NCBI GenBank assembly: GCA_963794945.1
Contig: CAWCFT010000004.1
Coordinates: 192,001 to 256,000 of the forward strand
Direction: 5' to 3'
DNA length: 64,000 nucleotides
Source of the DNA: Endomicrobiales bacterium
Lineage (GTDB): Bacteria; Elusimicrobiota; Endomicrobiia; Endomicrobiales; CAWCFT01
The notes under the pieces are model-generated. The model had not been told where the DNA came from, made no database searches, and saw only the letters and a program-made list of their open reading frames with translations. Below, in pieces: positions 19,975-28,794 of the stretch. Each line of letters begins with the position of its first letter. Within the stretch, counting starts at the first letter, position 1. A program made the position numbers and the translations under genes.

Positions 19975-20132
19975 GTTCAGTATTTGGAATAAGTTTTTAT
20001 TAGCCGTCCCACCGCACTGACCCCGATGATACAAATTCATCCTCAGGGAATATTATAGCAAATTATTTCTCAATTACCCTATCCTTCCTCCCGTCCCAGC
20101 TCCATAGCCGGGACGGGCTGATAATTTGCGGC

Positions 20133-20685
20133 TTAGGCAGAGGCCAGCGCCGAACCAGCTTTTTCAAGTTCTTTTATAAGCTCCCCGTTTTTCGCGTGAG
20201 CACCGGGGACGTTCCCGTTGCCTTCAATAACTACTTCCGTTACGGGAAAACCGAGCATGTTAAGCGCTTCTTTCGCGCACTCGAGGTTTTTAAGAAATAC
20301 TTTTTTGTCGGCCATTCCCTGTGTCACCGCCACGAGCGTTTTTTTGTTGACCTTTGACGTAAAATCGTTATTGAGGTACGGGTAGAACCTGTCAAGCACG
20401 GTTTTTGTTCTGGGCGTTCATGCTGAGCATGTAAACGGGAAAACCTATAACAACGGCGTCCGATGTCTCGATCTCCTTATATATCTTCTGCATATCGTCT
20501 TTTACGGCACAGCCGTCGTGAGTCCGGCAGTACATGCATGCCTTGCACCCGCTGATATTTAACTGCGGGATATTTATGATGCTTGTTTCCGCGCCGGAGT
20601 CCTTGGCCCCTTTAAGCGCCGCCTTTACCATTACCTCTGTGTTGCCGTTCTTTCTTGGGCTGCCGACTAATCCTAATACTTTCAT
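20133..20685 (-). CDS. NADPH-dependent FMN reductase / iron-sulfur flavoprotein family; frameshift near 20405
   Basis: MKVLGLVGSPRKNGNT, CKACMYC...C, DDMQ, FPVY; second part begins LDRFY. Confidence 0.88.
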
Positions 20686-20722
20686 TGTCCTCTCCTTGAA
20701 TTTAGTTTTTGTCTTGCCTAGC

Positions 20723-20742
20723 ATAGTTTGATATCATACTAT
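20723..20742. promoter_or_regulatory. Palindromic operator (copy 1), likely a MarR site
   Basis: ATAGTTTGATATCATACTAT. Confidence 0.75.
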
Positions 20743-20756
20743 AATGCCAAAAAAAA

Positions 20757-21178
20757 TCACAGGTTGCCGCTGATCCTTTCAAGATAACCTATAAGCGCCT
20801 CCTTCTCCTTTTCTGCGAATCCCTTATAGGCTGTTCCCAGAAGTTTTTCGGATATTTTTTTAAACACCGGTTCGAGCTTTTTGCCTTTCCCGGAAAGTTC
20901 AATCATGGTGGTCCTGCCGCATGTCTCGTGGCCGCGCCTCTTGACGTAACCGCTTGCCTCAAGCTTATCTATGAGCGCGGTAACGGTGGACTTGTGCTTG
21001 TGGATGCAGTCCGCCACCTGCCTCATAGAAAGCGGGCCGCTCCTGTACAGAGCGGTAGAATGCTGCCGTGCGACGGAACTATGCCTTTTATCCCGTTCGC
21101 GTTGAGCTCGCTTACGATCATCTTGTTCGCTTTATCGCGGACCTTTGAGACCAGGGATATTACGTGGCTTGTTTTCAT
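20757..21178 (-). CDS. MarR family transcriptional regulator; frameshift near 21055
   Basis: MKTSHVISLVSKVRDKANK...SHGSIL | KSTVTALIDKLEASGYVKR...LSGKG. Confidence 0.88.
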
Positions 21179-21185
21179 ACCTGCT

Positions 21186-21214
21186 ATTATAGTTTGATAT
21201 CAAACCTTTGTCAA
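21186..21214 (-). promoter_or_regulatory. Consensus sigma70 promoter with the operator (copy 2) in its spacer
   Basis: TTGACA-AAGGTTTGATATCAAAC-TATAAT; ATG 7 nt downstream of the -10. Confidence 0.85.
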
Positions 21215-21259
21215 GCCCCCCGCAACTATTTTTTTGTGCCGCCCTTAATGGAACACCGG

Positions 21260-21305
21260 AAAAAAACGGAGCCTGGCAGGCTATTGGCCCTCCGGGCTCT
21301 GTTTT
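21260..21305. terminator. Bidirectional terminator-like hairpin
   Basis: A7-CGGAGCCTGG...CCGGGCTCTG-TTTT. Confidence 0.55.
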
Positions 21306-21355
21306 AGTATTTTAACCGCGCCCAGCCGCGAGAATTACCGCGGCCGGTGTAAAAG

Positions 21356-21706
21356 TTACTGGCCGGTTGTGCCTGTATTGCCGGTGTTTGTGGCGGCCGG
21401 ATGTTTTTCCTGGTATATCTGTTTGCTGCTCTGGTTAAGGTTCTGCCTGAGGCTCTTGCGCTGCTGAGCGGTAAGAGGCTTGCCGCCGTTGGCCTTTATC
21501 ATGGCCTGTTTTTCCTGTTTGTCGCCTTTGATTTCACTCCTGAGCTGCTTTGCCTGCCCTTTGGTCAGCTTGCCTTTTTTTACTCCCTGATTTATGCGCT
21601 TCTCCTGATTTTTCTCCCTGGCGTTAATTACCGGCGTATCCGCGAAAACGCACGAACCGCCCACCGTAAGAACACACACTGCTGCAGCTAAAATTCTTTT
21701 AAACAT
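21356..21706 (-). CDS. Small secreted basic helical protein
   Basis: Signal peptide VFA-D; REKNQEKRINQGVKKGKLT...QNLNQSSKQIYQEKH pattern; SD GGAGG. Confidence 0.75.
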   Translation of the reverse strand: MFKRILAAAVCVLTVGGSCVFADTPVINAREKNQEKRINQGVKKGKLTKGQAKQLRSEIKGDKQEKQAMIKANGGKPLTAQQRKSLRQNLNQSSKQIYQEKHPAATNTGNTGTTGQ

Positions 21707-21808
21707 TTTTCCCTCCGATAATAAGATGACAACTGACATCTGCTGCGTTTAACCACCTCCTTGAACGCGTTCCGTCACTTCGGACAATGATATCCGACAA
21801 AAGCTGCT

Positions 21809-22852
21809 CTACCAGATCCACTTTACGCCCGTCAGCACGTACACGGCCTGCGTAGAGAGCACGTTGTAGCCGGCCTTAAGCTGTATGGTTGATGATATCG
21901 TATAGAATACCGTGAACGTTGTAGAGTCTTCCTGAGGCTGGTCGAGCACGTAAGAGGTACGCGCCCAGTCCAGTTCCAGCTTCAGGCTGTCCCACGGCGA
22001 CACCGACACCCCGGCCGAGTAGACGCTATCCGGAAACCCGTCGATAAGAGCCGTATTCGTGCCGAAACTGCCGTTCTTGACGCCTTTTGTCCCGGAAAGC
22101 TTCGCCAGCTTCTGAGAGAAAAGGCTCACGTCTTTGTCGTACGTGTATTTCGAGCAGCCAAGATTGAAGTCGAGCAGTTCAAACAACTCGCACGTTAACG
22201 CAGGGTCAGCGTGCGTCTGCTTAAGGTCGTACCAGTCGGAGTGGTCTATGGCAACGAGTTTCGCTTTGCCGTTTTTCGCGAGCCTTTTCTGGTACGTGTT
22301 GTAGTCGATGAATTCCGATAGAGTGGCCGCGTTGTACGCAAGCGAACAGCCCCAGGTGAAGGCTTCGACATCTTCATCCTTATCCGCGGCCTGCGCAGCG
22401 TCTTGCGTATCGCCTTGATCATCGTGATCTCCGGCTTGTGCCGCATCCGGCGCCTTGACAGCCGCCTCGCCCGGCTTTTCTTCAGGCGGCGCCGGTTTCG
22501 CGCTGTTATAAGAAATGCTAGCTCCCCATCCGGACGATTTGGTGTCGTTCGCCTCCGGAGAGCCAAGCAGGTTAAACCCGAACGTAAGATGGTCGCCAGA
22601 TTTTATGGAGATGTTCCCGGTGTAGGTTTTTGTGAGGTTTGGCGTGACCGAGCTGGAACTTGACGCCTGCTCGTAACCGAGCCCGAAGTTCACTTGTTTA
22701 GTGATGTTCGCGTCAAGGTTTAATGAGCTGTCCTGGTAGGATCCGGGCCCTTGAGTGTTATCAACGCCTATGTCCGCGATGAGCAGCGGCGGTAACGCAC
22801 ACAAAAGCGCGGCGAGTGAAGACCCCAAAAATAGAATTTTGCAGCGGTTCAT
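21809..22852 (-). CDS. Putative outer-membrane beta-barrel protein
   Basis: Signal peptide, alternating strands, acidic loop, C-terminal TGVKWIW. Confidence 0.65.
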   Translation of the reverse strand: MNRCKILFLGSSLAALLCALPPLLIADIGVDNTQGPGSYQDSSLNLDANITKQVNFGLGYEQASSSSSVTPNLTKTYTGNISIKSGDHLTFGFNLLGSPEANDTKSSGWGASISYNSAKPAPPEEKPGEAAVKAPDAAQAGDHDDQGDTQDAAQAADKDEDVEAFTWGCSLAYNAATLSEFIDYNTYQKRLAKNGKAKLVAIDHSDWYDLKQTHADPALTCELFELLDFNLGCSKYTYDKDVSLFSQKLAKLSGTKGVKNGSFGTNTALIDGFPDSVYSAGVSVSPWDSLKLELDWARTSYVLDQPQEDSTTFTVFYTISSTIQLKAGYNVLSTQAVYVLTGVKWIW

Positions 22853-22862
22853 TTGCAGATAA

Positions 22863-22891
22863 ATTATACTGTCTAATATAACACAAGTCAA
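22863..22891 (-). promoter_or_regulatory. sigma70 promoter
   Basis: TTGACT-N17-TATAAT, 10 nt before ATG 22852. Confidence 0.7.
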
Positions 22892-22926
22892 TGGGATTTT
22901 TCGCACAAGAGAGAACCGGGTTCGGT

Positions 22927-23340
22927 TCAGGCGCTCTTGGGAAGCTGTTTGAGGGCGTGGGACATTTCCTCGACTAACGGTACGGGGAAAGATATGCCTT
23001 TGCCGGGAAGGTACTCGTTGTCTTTGAGATAGAAAGTGCGAACGTGGACTATCTTTGAGCCTTTGTATTCCTTTACGTAAACCCTTATCTTTTCGTTCTC
23101 TTTAGACTCGAGATCAAAATCGAACTCCTTTTCCGGGTTCTTGATATACCTGTCGAAAGCGCAGAGTATGGACGGCACGTGCCTGTAAGAGAGCCATATA
23201 CCTTTTCTAGTAGGCCTGTGCTTCGGCTCGCCTGGGTAGAGAAAGAAGGTCCTCACATCTATCTTGTTATTCTTGAGAACCGAGACGCGTATCTCTTCAA
23301 GCTGGTTCTTTGGGATCTTAGCGACTAACGTAGCGTTCAT
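22927..23340 (-). CDS. Tandem PC4/YdbC-like ssDNA-binding protein
   Basis: Two repeats of EEIRV...IDVRTFF...PTRKGI / EKIRV...VHVRTFY...PGKGISF. Start could be 23373. Confidence 0.75.
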   Translation of the reverse strand: MNATLVAKIPKNQLEEIRVSVLKNNKIDVRTFFLYPGEPKHRPTRKGIWLSYRHVPSILCAFDRYIKNPEKEFDFDLESKENEKIRVYVKEYKGSKIVHVRTFYLKDNEYLPGKGISFPVPLVEEMSHALKQLPKSA

Positions 23341-23391
23341 GAATATTACGCCCGGATCTTCTCTTACTCTCATTTTATTTCCTTTTATAAA

Positions 23392-23503
23392 CAGTGATAA
23401 GGGTTAAGCGGTAAGGGGTAAGTGAACTACACATAACAACCCAAACATACCCCGTTGTTGCTCAGTTGACTTTCTTACCACTTACACTTAACGCTTATCG
23501 CTG
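23392..23503. repeat. Inverted heptamer arrays (GGTAAGG-like / CTTACCA-like)
   Basis: GATAAGG GTTAAGC GGTAAGG GGTAAGT ... CTTACCA CTTACA CTTAACG CTTATCG. Confidence 0.7.
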
Positions 23504-24315
23504 ATTTTGTTGTAATAATCATACGGCACGAATACACCTTCTCTATACTCAAGCACCATAAGATGCACGTGCGTGGGCGACGTCTTCATGTCCGCGAGGC
23601 GTCCGGTTCGGCCGACGATGCCGAGGGCTTCGCCCTTCTTTACCAAACGGCCAGGCTCAACGAATATGTCGTTTAAGTGCGCGTAATAGAAGAACTTGTT
23701 GTCTTTCGGGTTGTAGAGCCAAACGTATTTACCACCCCTGAGTTTACTTTTGGGTTCCCATACCTTATTTACAAACAATACAACACAATCTTCCATGGCG
23801 AGAGCCCTTACGGGCTGGTTCGTAACATCGTCGAGGCAGCGCCTGAACTTGTCTCTTATAAATATATCGTGGGCTGGATGGCCGCCATGCTTATTGCCGT
23901 CAAAGAAATCGTAGCCTTTTATATTGTACGGGCCGTAGACCGCGTTCGGTTGGAAATCTGTCTTCTCGAGCGCCCCACGGCCGTATGAGTCGAGCGGGAA
24001 GGCCCAGCTTGAGATCCCCAGTTCGTAAAGCGTTAGGACATAGGAAGAAAGCTCTGGCACCAGCGAATCAAGCTTAAGCTGTGCGTCTACCTTAGGTATG
24101 TTTCCATCCCTTACGGAAACCTCGTATGCCTGCCAGTCCTCAAGCGGGCCCGCGAACGCCGAGCCGCCAAAACCCAGCGCGACAAAAGATATTATAATGA
24201 GTGTTTGGAATATTTTTGTATTCAAGACAGTGATAATGTTATCTAATATAAAATATTTTTGCAACCGGCGGTGATTTTGGTATAATAGTTGCGTTGGGTA
24301 TGCGAGACAGCGCAC
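23488..24315 (-). CDS. M23 family metallopeptidase (true start probably near 24225)
   Basis: HPAHD, GGKYV, YYAHL, GRTG and HVHL motifs; signal peptide ending SAFA. Confidence 0.85.
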   Translation of the reverse strand: MRCLAYPTQLLYQNHRRLQKYFILDNIITVLNTKIFQTLIIISFVALGFGGSAFAGPLEDWQAYEVSVRDGNIPKVDAQLKLDSLVPELSSYVLTLYELGISSWAFPLDSYGRGALEKTDFQPNAVYGPYNIKGYDFFDGNKHGGHPAHDIFIRDKFRRCLDDVTNQPVRALAMEDCVVLFVNKVWEPKSKLRGGKYVWLYNPKDNKFFYYAHLNDIFVEPGRLVKKGEALGIVGRTGRLADMKTSPTHVHLMVLEYREGVFVPYDYYNKISDKR

Positions 24316-24326
24316 CGGAGGCTATC

Positions 24327-25151
24327 ATGAAGACCGTCGGCATTATCTACAACGACGAAAAACCCCGCGCCATAAAAGAAACGCAGAAGATAAAGAACTG
24401 GCTGAAAAAACGCGGTTGCAAAGCTGTTGTTCTTCCTTCATCCGGCAAGAACGCGGGCGAGCTCGATTTCGCTGTCTGCCTTGGCGGCGACGGAACTATG
24501 CTCAAGGCGAGCTCCTTTTTGGCGCCCGCGGGCATCCCGGTGCTGGGCGTTAACCTGGGATCGCTGGGGTTCCTTGCGGAAACCAACCCCGAAGAATGCT
24601 ACTCCTTCATCGATGGCATACTCAATAACGGCTTCAATGTTGAAGAGCGTACGATGCTCTCTGTCGGAATTACTAAAGGCTCAAAAAAGATAACACACAC
24701 AGCGTTAAACGACTGTATGATACACTCGGGCAACAACGGCCGCGTGATAACTGTAAGCGTTCATGTAAACGGTGATTTCCTCGCGGACTACGTAGGCGAC
24801 GGTTTGATAGTAGCGACGCCCACGGGTTCAACCGCCTACTCCTTAGCGGCATCGGGGCCCATCGTGCACCCTCACCTGTCTGTTTTCCTGCTTACGCCAA
24901 TATGCCCGCACACGCTGACGCAGAGGCCTATGATAATATCGGCCGGCCACACACTGTCTTTGACCGCTGACTCTGCTATAGTCCGCGAGAAACCGATACT
25001 CTCTATTGACGGGCAGACGAGTTACCTGCTTAAATCCGGCGACAGGATATCAGTTTCGCTTTCCGACCACCCGCTTAAACTTATAGTTAACCCTAAAAGG
25101 AAATACCTGGAAGTCCTGAGGACCAAACTAGGCTGGGGTATAAGGGGTTAA
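24327..25151 (+). CDS. nadK: NAD kinase
   Basis: LGGDGT, GVNLGSLGFL, ALND, GDGLIVATPTGSTAYSLAASGP. Confidence 0.96.
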   Translation: MKTVGIIYNDEKPRAIKETQKIKNWLKKRGCKAVVLPSSGKNAGELDFAVCLGGDGTMLKASSFLAPAGIPVLGVNLGSLGFLAETNPEECYSFIDGILNNGFNVEERTMLSVGITKGSKKITHTALNDCMIHSGNNGRVITVSVHVNGDFLADYVGDGLIVATPTGSTAYSLAASGPIVHPHLSVFLLTPICPHTLTQRPMIISAGHTLSLTADSAIVREKPILSIDGQTSYLLKSGDRISVSLSDHPLKLIVNPKRKYLEVLRTKLGWGIRG

Positions 25152-25168
25152 GCATGCTTAACACCTTT

Positions 25169-25682
25169 ATTACAGATTTTAGAGCCAATTACAGATTACA
25201 GATTGTAATTCAAAGTCGAAGCTTTTTAGTTTCAATTGAATCTCTATGGCAACATATAAATCATTTGAAGAATTGCCAGTCTGGAAATCTGCCAGTGAAT
25301 TAGCTGCGGATATTTACAAGGCGTCTTCTTGTGGAAACATTGATAAGGACTATTCTTTTAAAGATCAAATTAGAAGGTCAGTTTTATCCGTATCGAGTAA
25401 CATCGCGGAAGGTTTTGAGCGCGGCGCAAAGAAAGAACTAATTCAGTTTTTATACATTTCGCGAGGTTCCTGCGGTGAGCTGCGCAGCCAAATCCATGTT
25501 GCAAAGAATATAGGCTATTTAACTGATATTGAATACCATAAATTACTAGATAAATGCATGCTCGTATCAAAACAAATAAACGGTTTCATTGAATACTTAA
25601 AAAAGTCGACATCCACCGGCCAGAAACTATTTATAAAGGACTTATCTGTTAATTTGTAATATGTAATCTGTAATTTGTAATT
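25169..25682. mobile_element. Heptamer-array-bounded element carrying the four-helix-bundle gene
   Basis: ATTACAG units at 25169-25201 and inverted NTGTAAT x4 at 25654-25681. Confidence 0.6.
25246..25659 (+). CDS. Four helix bundle protein (23S rRNA intervening-sequence protein family)
   Basis: FEELPVWK, KDQIRRSVLSVSSNIAEGFER, FLYISRGSCGELRSQ. Confidence 0.93.
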   Translation: MATYKSFEELPVWKSASELAADIYKASSCGNIDKDYSFKDQIRRSVLSVSSNIAEGFERGAKKELIQFLYISRGSCGELRSQIHVAKNIGYLTDIEYHKLLDKCMLVSKQINGFIEYLKKSTSTGQKLFIKDLSVNL

Positions 25683-25688
25683 AATTCT

Positions 25689-27359
25689 ATGCTTCTAAAT
25701 TTGCATATAAAAAACTACGTTTTGATAGATGAACTGAGCCTTGAGTTCGGTGAAGGGCTGAACATTTTCACCGGCGAGACCGGGGCCGGCAAATCTATTA
25801 TAATCGAGTCCATCGGCCTCGTGCTGGGCGACAGGGCCGGCGCGGGGCTCGTCCGTAAAGGCTCAGAACGCTGTTCTATCTGTGCCGAGTTCGATATTTC
25901 AGGTTACTCCGCGCTTGAAAAATTCCTCGAACAATCAGCCCTGGCCGACGAGAACACGGGATCGCTCATCATACGCCGCGAGATAGATTCCACCGGCAAA
26001 TCCAGAGCCTTCATAAACGACCGGCCCGCGGGCATATCGACGCTTTCCTCTGTAGGCAACTTCCTTGTAGATGTTCACGGCCAGCACGAACACCAAACGC
26101 TGCTGCAGGGCAAAGTGCAGAGAGAGCTAGTCGACCGGTTCGCGGGCAACGAAAACCTCCTTGCCGACACAGCCAAACACTACGAGGCCTGGCGCGGGCT
26201 CGTCGCCCAGAAAGAGGCCAACACGGTCTCAACCCAGGAGAAGGAACGCCTTGTTGACTTATATAGTTTCCAGCTTAAAGAGATAACCTCGCTTAAACCT
26301 GTCCCGGGTGAAGACGAAGAGCTGGAACAGAAACTGCCGGTGCTAAAGAACGCGGAAAAACTGCGGGCCCTGAGCTCCGAGGCCTACGATCTCTTGTACG
26401 GCCGGGAAAGCTCGGCCATGGAGAACACGGGCAAGGCGCAGAAACTTGTAGAAAACATAATATCGATATCCGGCTCGCTTTCAGGTTCTGCCGAAACATT
26501 AAAGAACGCCTCGTCGCTTTTAGACGACGCTTTGAGGGACATAGACAAATTCCGCGGAAGCCTGGAGGCCGACCCAGACGTGCTAAATGAGCTCCTGACG
26601 CGGCAGGACCAGCTTCACAGGCTCAAAAAAAAGTACGGCAAGGACATAGCCGAGATACTCGCCTACTCCGACAAAATATCCAAATACCTCGACACTCTTA
26701 CAAACGCTGAAAAGAACTCAAAAGAGCTCGACGAAAATATAAAGAAAGCGGAGTCATCCCTTTCCGCCCTTTGCGAGAAGCTCTCCGCCTCAAGGAAGAA
26801 GGCATCTAAGAAACTTTCGGAAGGCGTGGAAAATGAACTCGGAGCGCTCGGCATGAAACGCGCGAAATTCTCGGCGGAAATTATGAAACAGGATTCCCCC
26901 TCAGGCCAGGGCTGGGACAGCGTAGGGTTCATGTTCAGCGCGAACACCGGCGAGGACTCAAAACCGCTCAAAGAGATCGCATCAGGCGGCGAGATGTCGC
27001 GTGTGATGCTCGCGCTAAAAACCGTTCTCGCGAACTCTGACGAGGTGCCTGTGCTTATATTCGACGAAATAGACGCCGGCATAGGCGGCCCGATGGGCCA
27101 GGTAGTCGGCTCTAAGCTCAAAACCCTGTCCAAACACCACCAGATACTCTGCATCACCCACCTGCCGCAGATAGCCGCGTTCGCCGAGAAACACTTTAAC
27201 GTAGAGAAAGCCGCGGATGCCGGGCAGACACTGACGCGGGTGCGCACGCTTGCGAAGAACGACCGCCTTGAAGAAGTGGCGCGGATGCTCTCCGGAAAGG
27301 AGATAACACCGGCCGCCAGAAAACATGCCATGGAACTTATTGAGCAGAGTTCGTTGTAA
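25689..27359 (+). CDS. recN: DNA repair protein RecN
   Basis: TGETGAGKS, VHGQHEHQ, ASGGEMSR, FDEIDAGIGG, ITHLPQIA. Confidence 0.97.
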   Translation: MLLNLHIKNYVLIDELSLEFGEGLNIFTGETGAGKSIIIESIGLVLGDRAGAGLVRKGSERCSICAEFDISGYSALEKFLEQSALADENTGSLIIRREIDSTGKSRAFINDRPAGISTLSSVGNFLVDVHGQHEHQTLLQGKVQRELVDRFAGNENLLADTAKHYEAWRGLVAQKEANTVSTQEKERLVDLYSFQLKEITSLKPVPGEDEELEQKLPVLKNAEKLRALSSEAYDLLYGRESSAMENTGKAQKLVENIISISGSLSGSAETLKNASSLLDDALRDIDKFRGSLEADPDVLNELLTRQDQLHRLKKKYGKDIAEILAYSDKISKYLDTLTNAEKNSKELDENIKKAESSLSALCEKLSASRKKASKKLSEGVENELGALGMKRAKFSAEIMKQDSPSGQGWDSVGFMFSANTGEDSKPLKEIASGGEMSRVMLALKTVLANSDEVPVLIFDEIDAGIGGPMGQVVGSKLKTLSKHHQILCITHLPQIAAFAEKHFNVEKAADAGQTLTRVRTLAKNDRLEEVARMLSGKEITPAARKHAMELIEQSSL

Positions 27360-27400
27360 ACTCTTCCAATCGCGATTTTTTCAAGCTGTTTTGCCCGTGT

Positions 27401-27429
27401 TTGACATTTTTATCTCAAAGAGCTAAAAT
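27401..27429 (+). promoter_or_regulatory. sigma70 promoter of the oxidoreductase operon
   Basis: TTGACA-N17-TAAAAT, 6 nt before GTG 27436. Confidence 0.75.
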
Positions 27430-27435
27430 ATTTTT

Positions 27436-27639
27436 GTGGAAAAAATAAAGATTGACGTAAATAAATGCAAAGGCTGCACGCTTTGCGTAATAGCGTGCCC
27501 CAAAAAGAGCCTTAAAATATCAAAAGATTTCAACAAAGCCGGGTATCACCCGGCTGTTTTTGTTGACGAGGGAAAGTGCACATCCTGCGGTTTCTGCTAC
27601 CAGGTATGCCCGGAAGTCTGTATAGAAGTGCATAAATAA
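27436..27639 (+). CDS. 2x[4Fe-4S] ferredoxin (delta subunit of 2-oxoacid:ferredoxin oxidoreductase)
   Basis: CKGCTLCVIACP and CTSCGFCYQVCP. Confidence 0.92.
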   Translation: MEKIKIDVNKCKGCTLCVIACPKKSLKISKDFNKAGYHPAVFVDEGKCTSCGFCYQVCPEVCIEVHK

Positions 27640-27646
27640 CAAAGGC

Positions 27647-27732
27647 ATTACAGATTACAAATTACAGATTTCAGATTTAAATTCAATGTCAAAGGCTTTC
27701 AATTTGTAATATATAATCTGTAATTTGTAATT
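27647..27732. mobile_element. Gene-less copy of the 25169-25682 element
   Basis: ATTACAG ATTACAA ATTACAG ATTTCAG...; right 32 bp match 25651-25682 at 31/32. Confidence 0.75.
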
Positions 27733-27740
27733 GAGAAATT

Positions 27741-28793
27741 ATGAAACAGTTAATAAAAGGCAACATTGCTTTGTGTGAGGGCGCGATAGCGGCCGGGTGC
27801 ATGGCATATTTCGGCTACCCGATCACACCTCAGAACGAAGTGCCGGCTTACATGTCCAGAAAGATGGTAGAGCTGGGTAGGGTATTCCTGCAAGCCGAAA
27901 GCGAGCTTGCGGCGGTAAACATGGTTCTAGGCGCGGGCGTAACGGGAACGAGGGCGATGACATCATCTTCTTCACCCGGAATATCGCTAAAGCAAGAAGG
28001 TATATCTTACCTCGCTGCATGCGAAGTGCCAAGCGTTATAGTTAACGTCCAGCGCGGAGGGCCCGGCCTCGGAAACATAGCTGGATCGCAGGCAGACTAC
28101 TTTCAGGCTGTCAAAGGCGGCGGACACGGCGACTACCGCATGCCGGTGCTTGCCCCGTACTCTGTGCAGGAAATGTACGACCACGCTGTGCTCGCGTTCG
28201 ACCTTGCTGACAAGTACAGGACGCCTGTAATGATACTATCTGACGGCATTGTAGGCCAGATGATGGAGCCGGCGGACATTGATTCGCCAAAAATCTCTAA
28301 AGACAAACCTTCTTATGACAGGTCGTGGATTCTGGACGGTGCAAAAGGCAGGGAACCTAGGTCCGTAAAGTCGCTTCTCATGGGAGAGGGAGATCTTGAA
28401 AAACATAACCTTGACCTTGCCGCAAAGTACGATAGGATAAAGAACAGTGAAGTTAGGTTCGAAAAATACGATATTGAAGACGCAGATATAATACTTGTCG
28501 CGTTCGGAGTTTCGGCGCGCGTGGCAAAGGCCGCGATGTGGCGGGCGAGACAGAAAGGCGTGAAGGCAGGCTGTATAAGGCCCATCACTCTCTGGCCGTT
28601 CCCGGAAAAGATAATAGCGGACTCGGCTAAGCACGGCAGGAAGTTCCTCGTTGTAGAGATGAACATGGGCCAGATGGTGGAAGACGTAAGGCTCGCAGTA
28701 AACGGCAAATGCCCGGTCCACTTTCACGGAAGGGCCGGCGGCGCGACTGTAAACGAAAACGACGTCTTAGACGCCATAATGAAACTCAAATAA
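27741..28793 (+). CDS. vorB: 2-oxoacid:ferredoxin oxidoreductase alpha subunit (VorB-like)
   Basis: YFGYPITPQ, FLQAESE, MTSSSSPGISLKQE, QRGGPGLG, VEMNMGQM. Confidence 0.9.
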   Translation: MKQLIKGNIALCEGAIAAGCMAYFGYPITPQNEVPAYMSRKMVELGRVFLQAESELAAVNMVLGAGVTGTRAMTSSSSPGISLKQEGISYLAACEVPSVIVNVQRGGPGLGNIAGSQADYFQAVKGGGHGDYRMPVLAPYSVQEMYDHAVLAFDLADKYRTPVMILSDGIVGQMMEPADIDSPKISKDKPSYDRSWILDGAKGREPRSVKSLLMGEGDLEKHNLDLAAKYDRIKNSEVRFEKYDIEDADIILVAFGVSARVAKAAMWRARQKGVKAGCIRPITLWPFPEKIIADSAKHGRKFLVVEMNMGQMVEDVRLAVNGKCPVHFHGRAGGATVNENDVLDAIMKLK

Positions 28794-28794
28794 C

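Noticed and set aside
21770..21808. Possible second ECF promoter (GCAGCTT..GTCCGAA) before the small secreted protein
   Set aside because: The -35 element is too degenerate to support.
25246..25659. Diversity-generating retroelement or 23S rRNA intron context for the four-helix gene
   Set aside because: No reverse transcriptase, TR/VR pair or rRNA sequence in the window.
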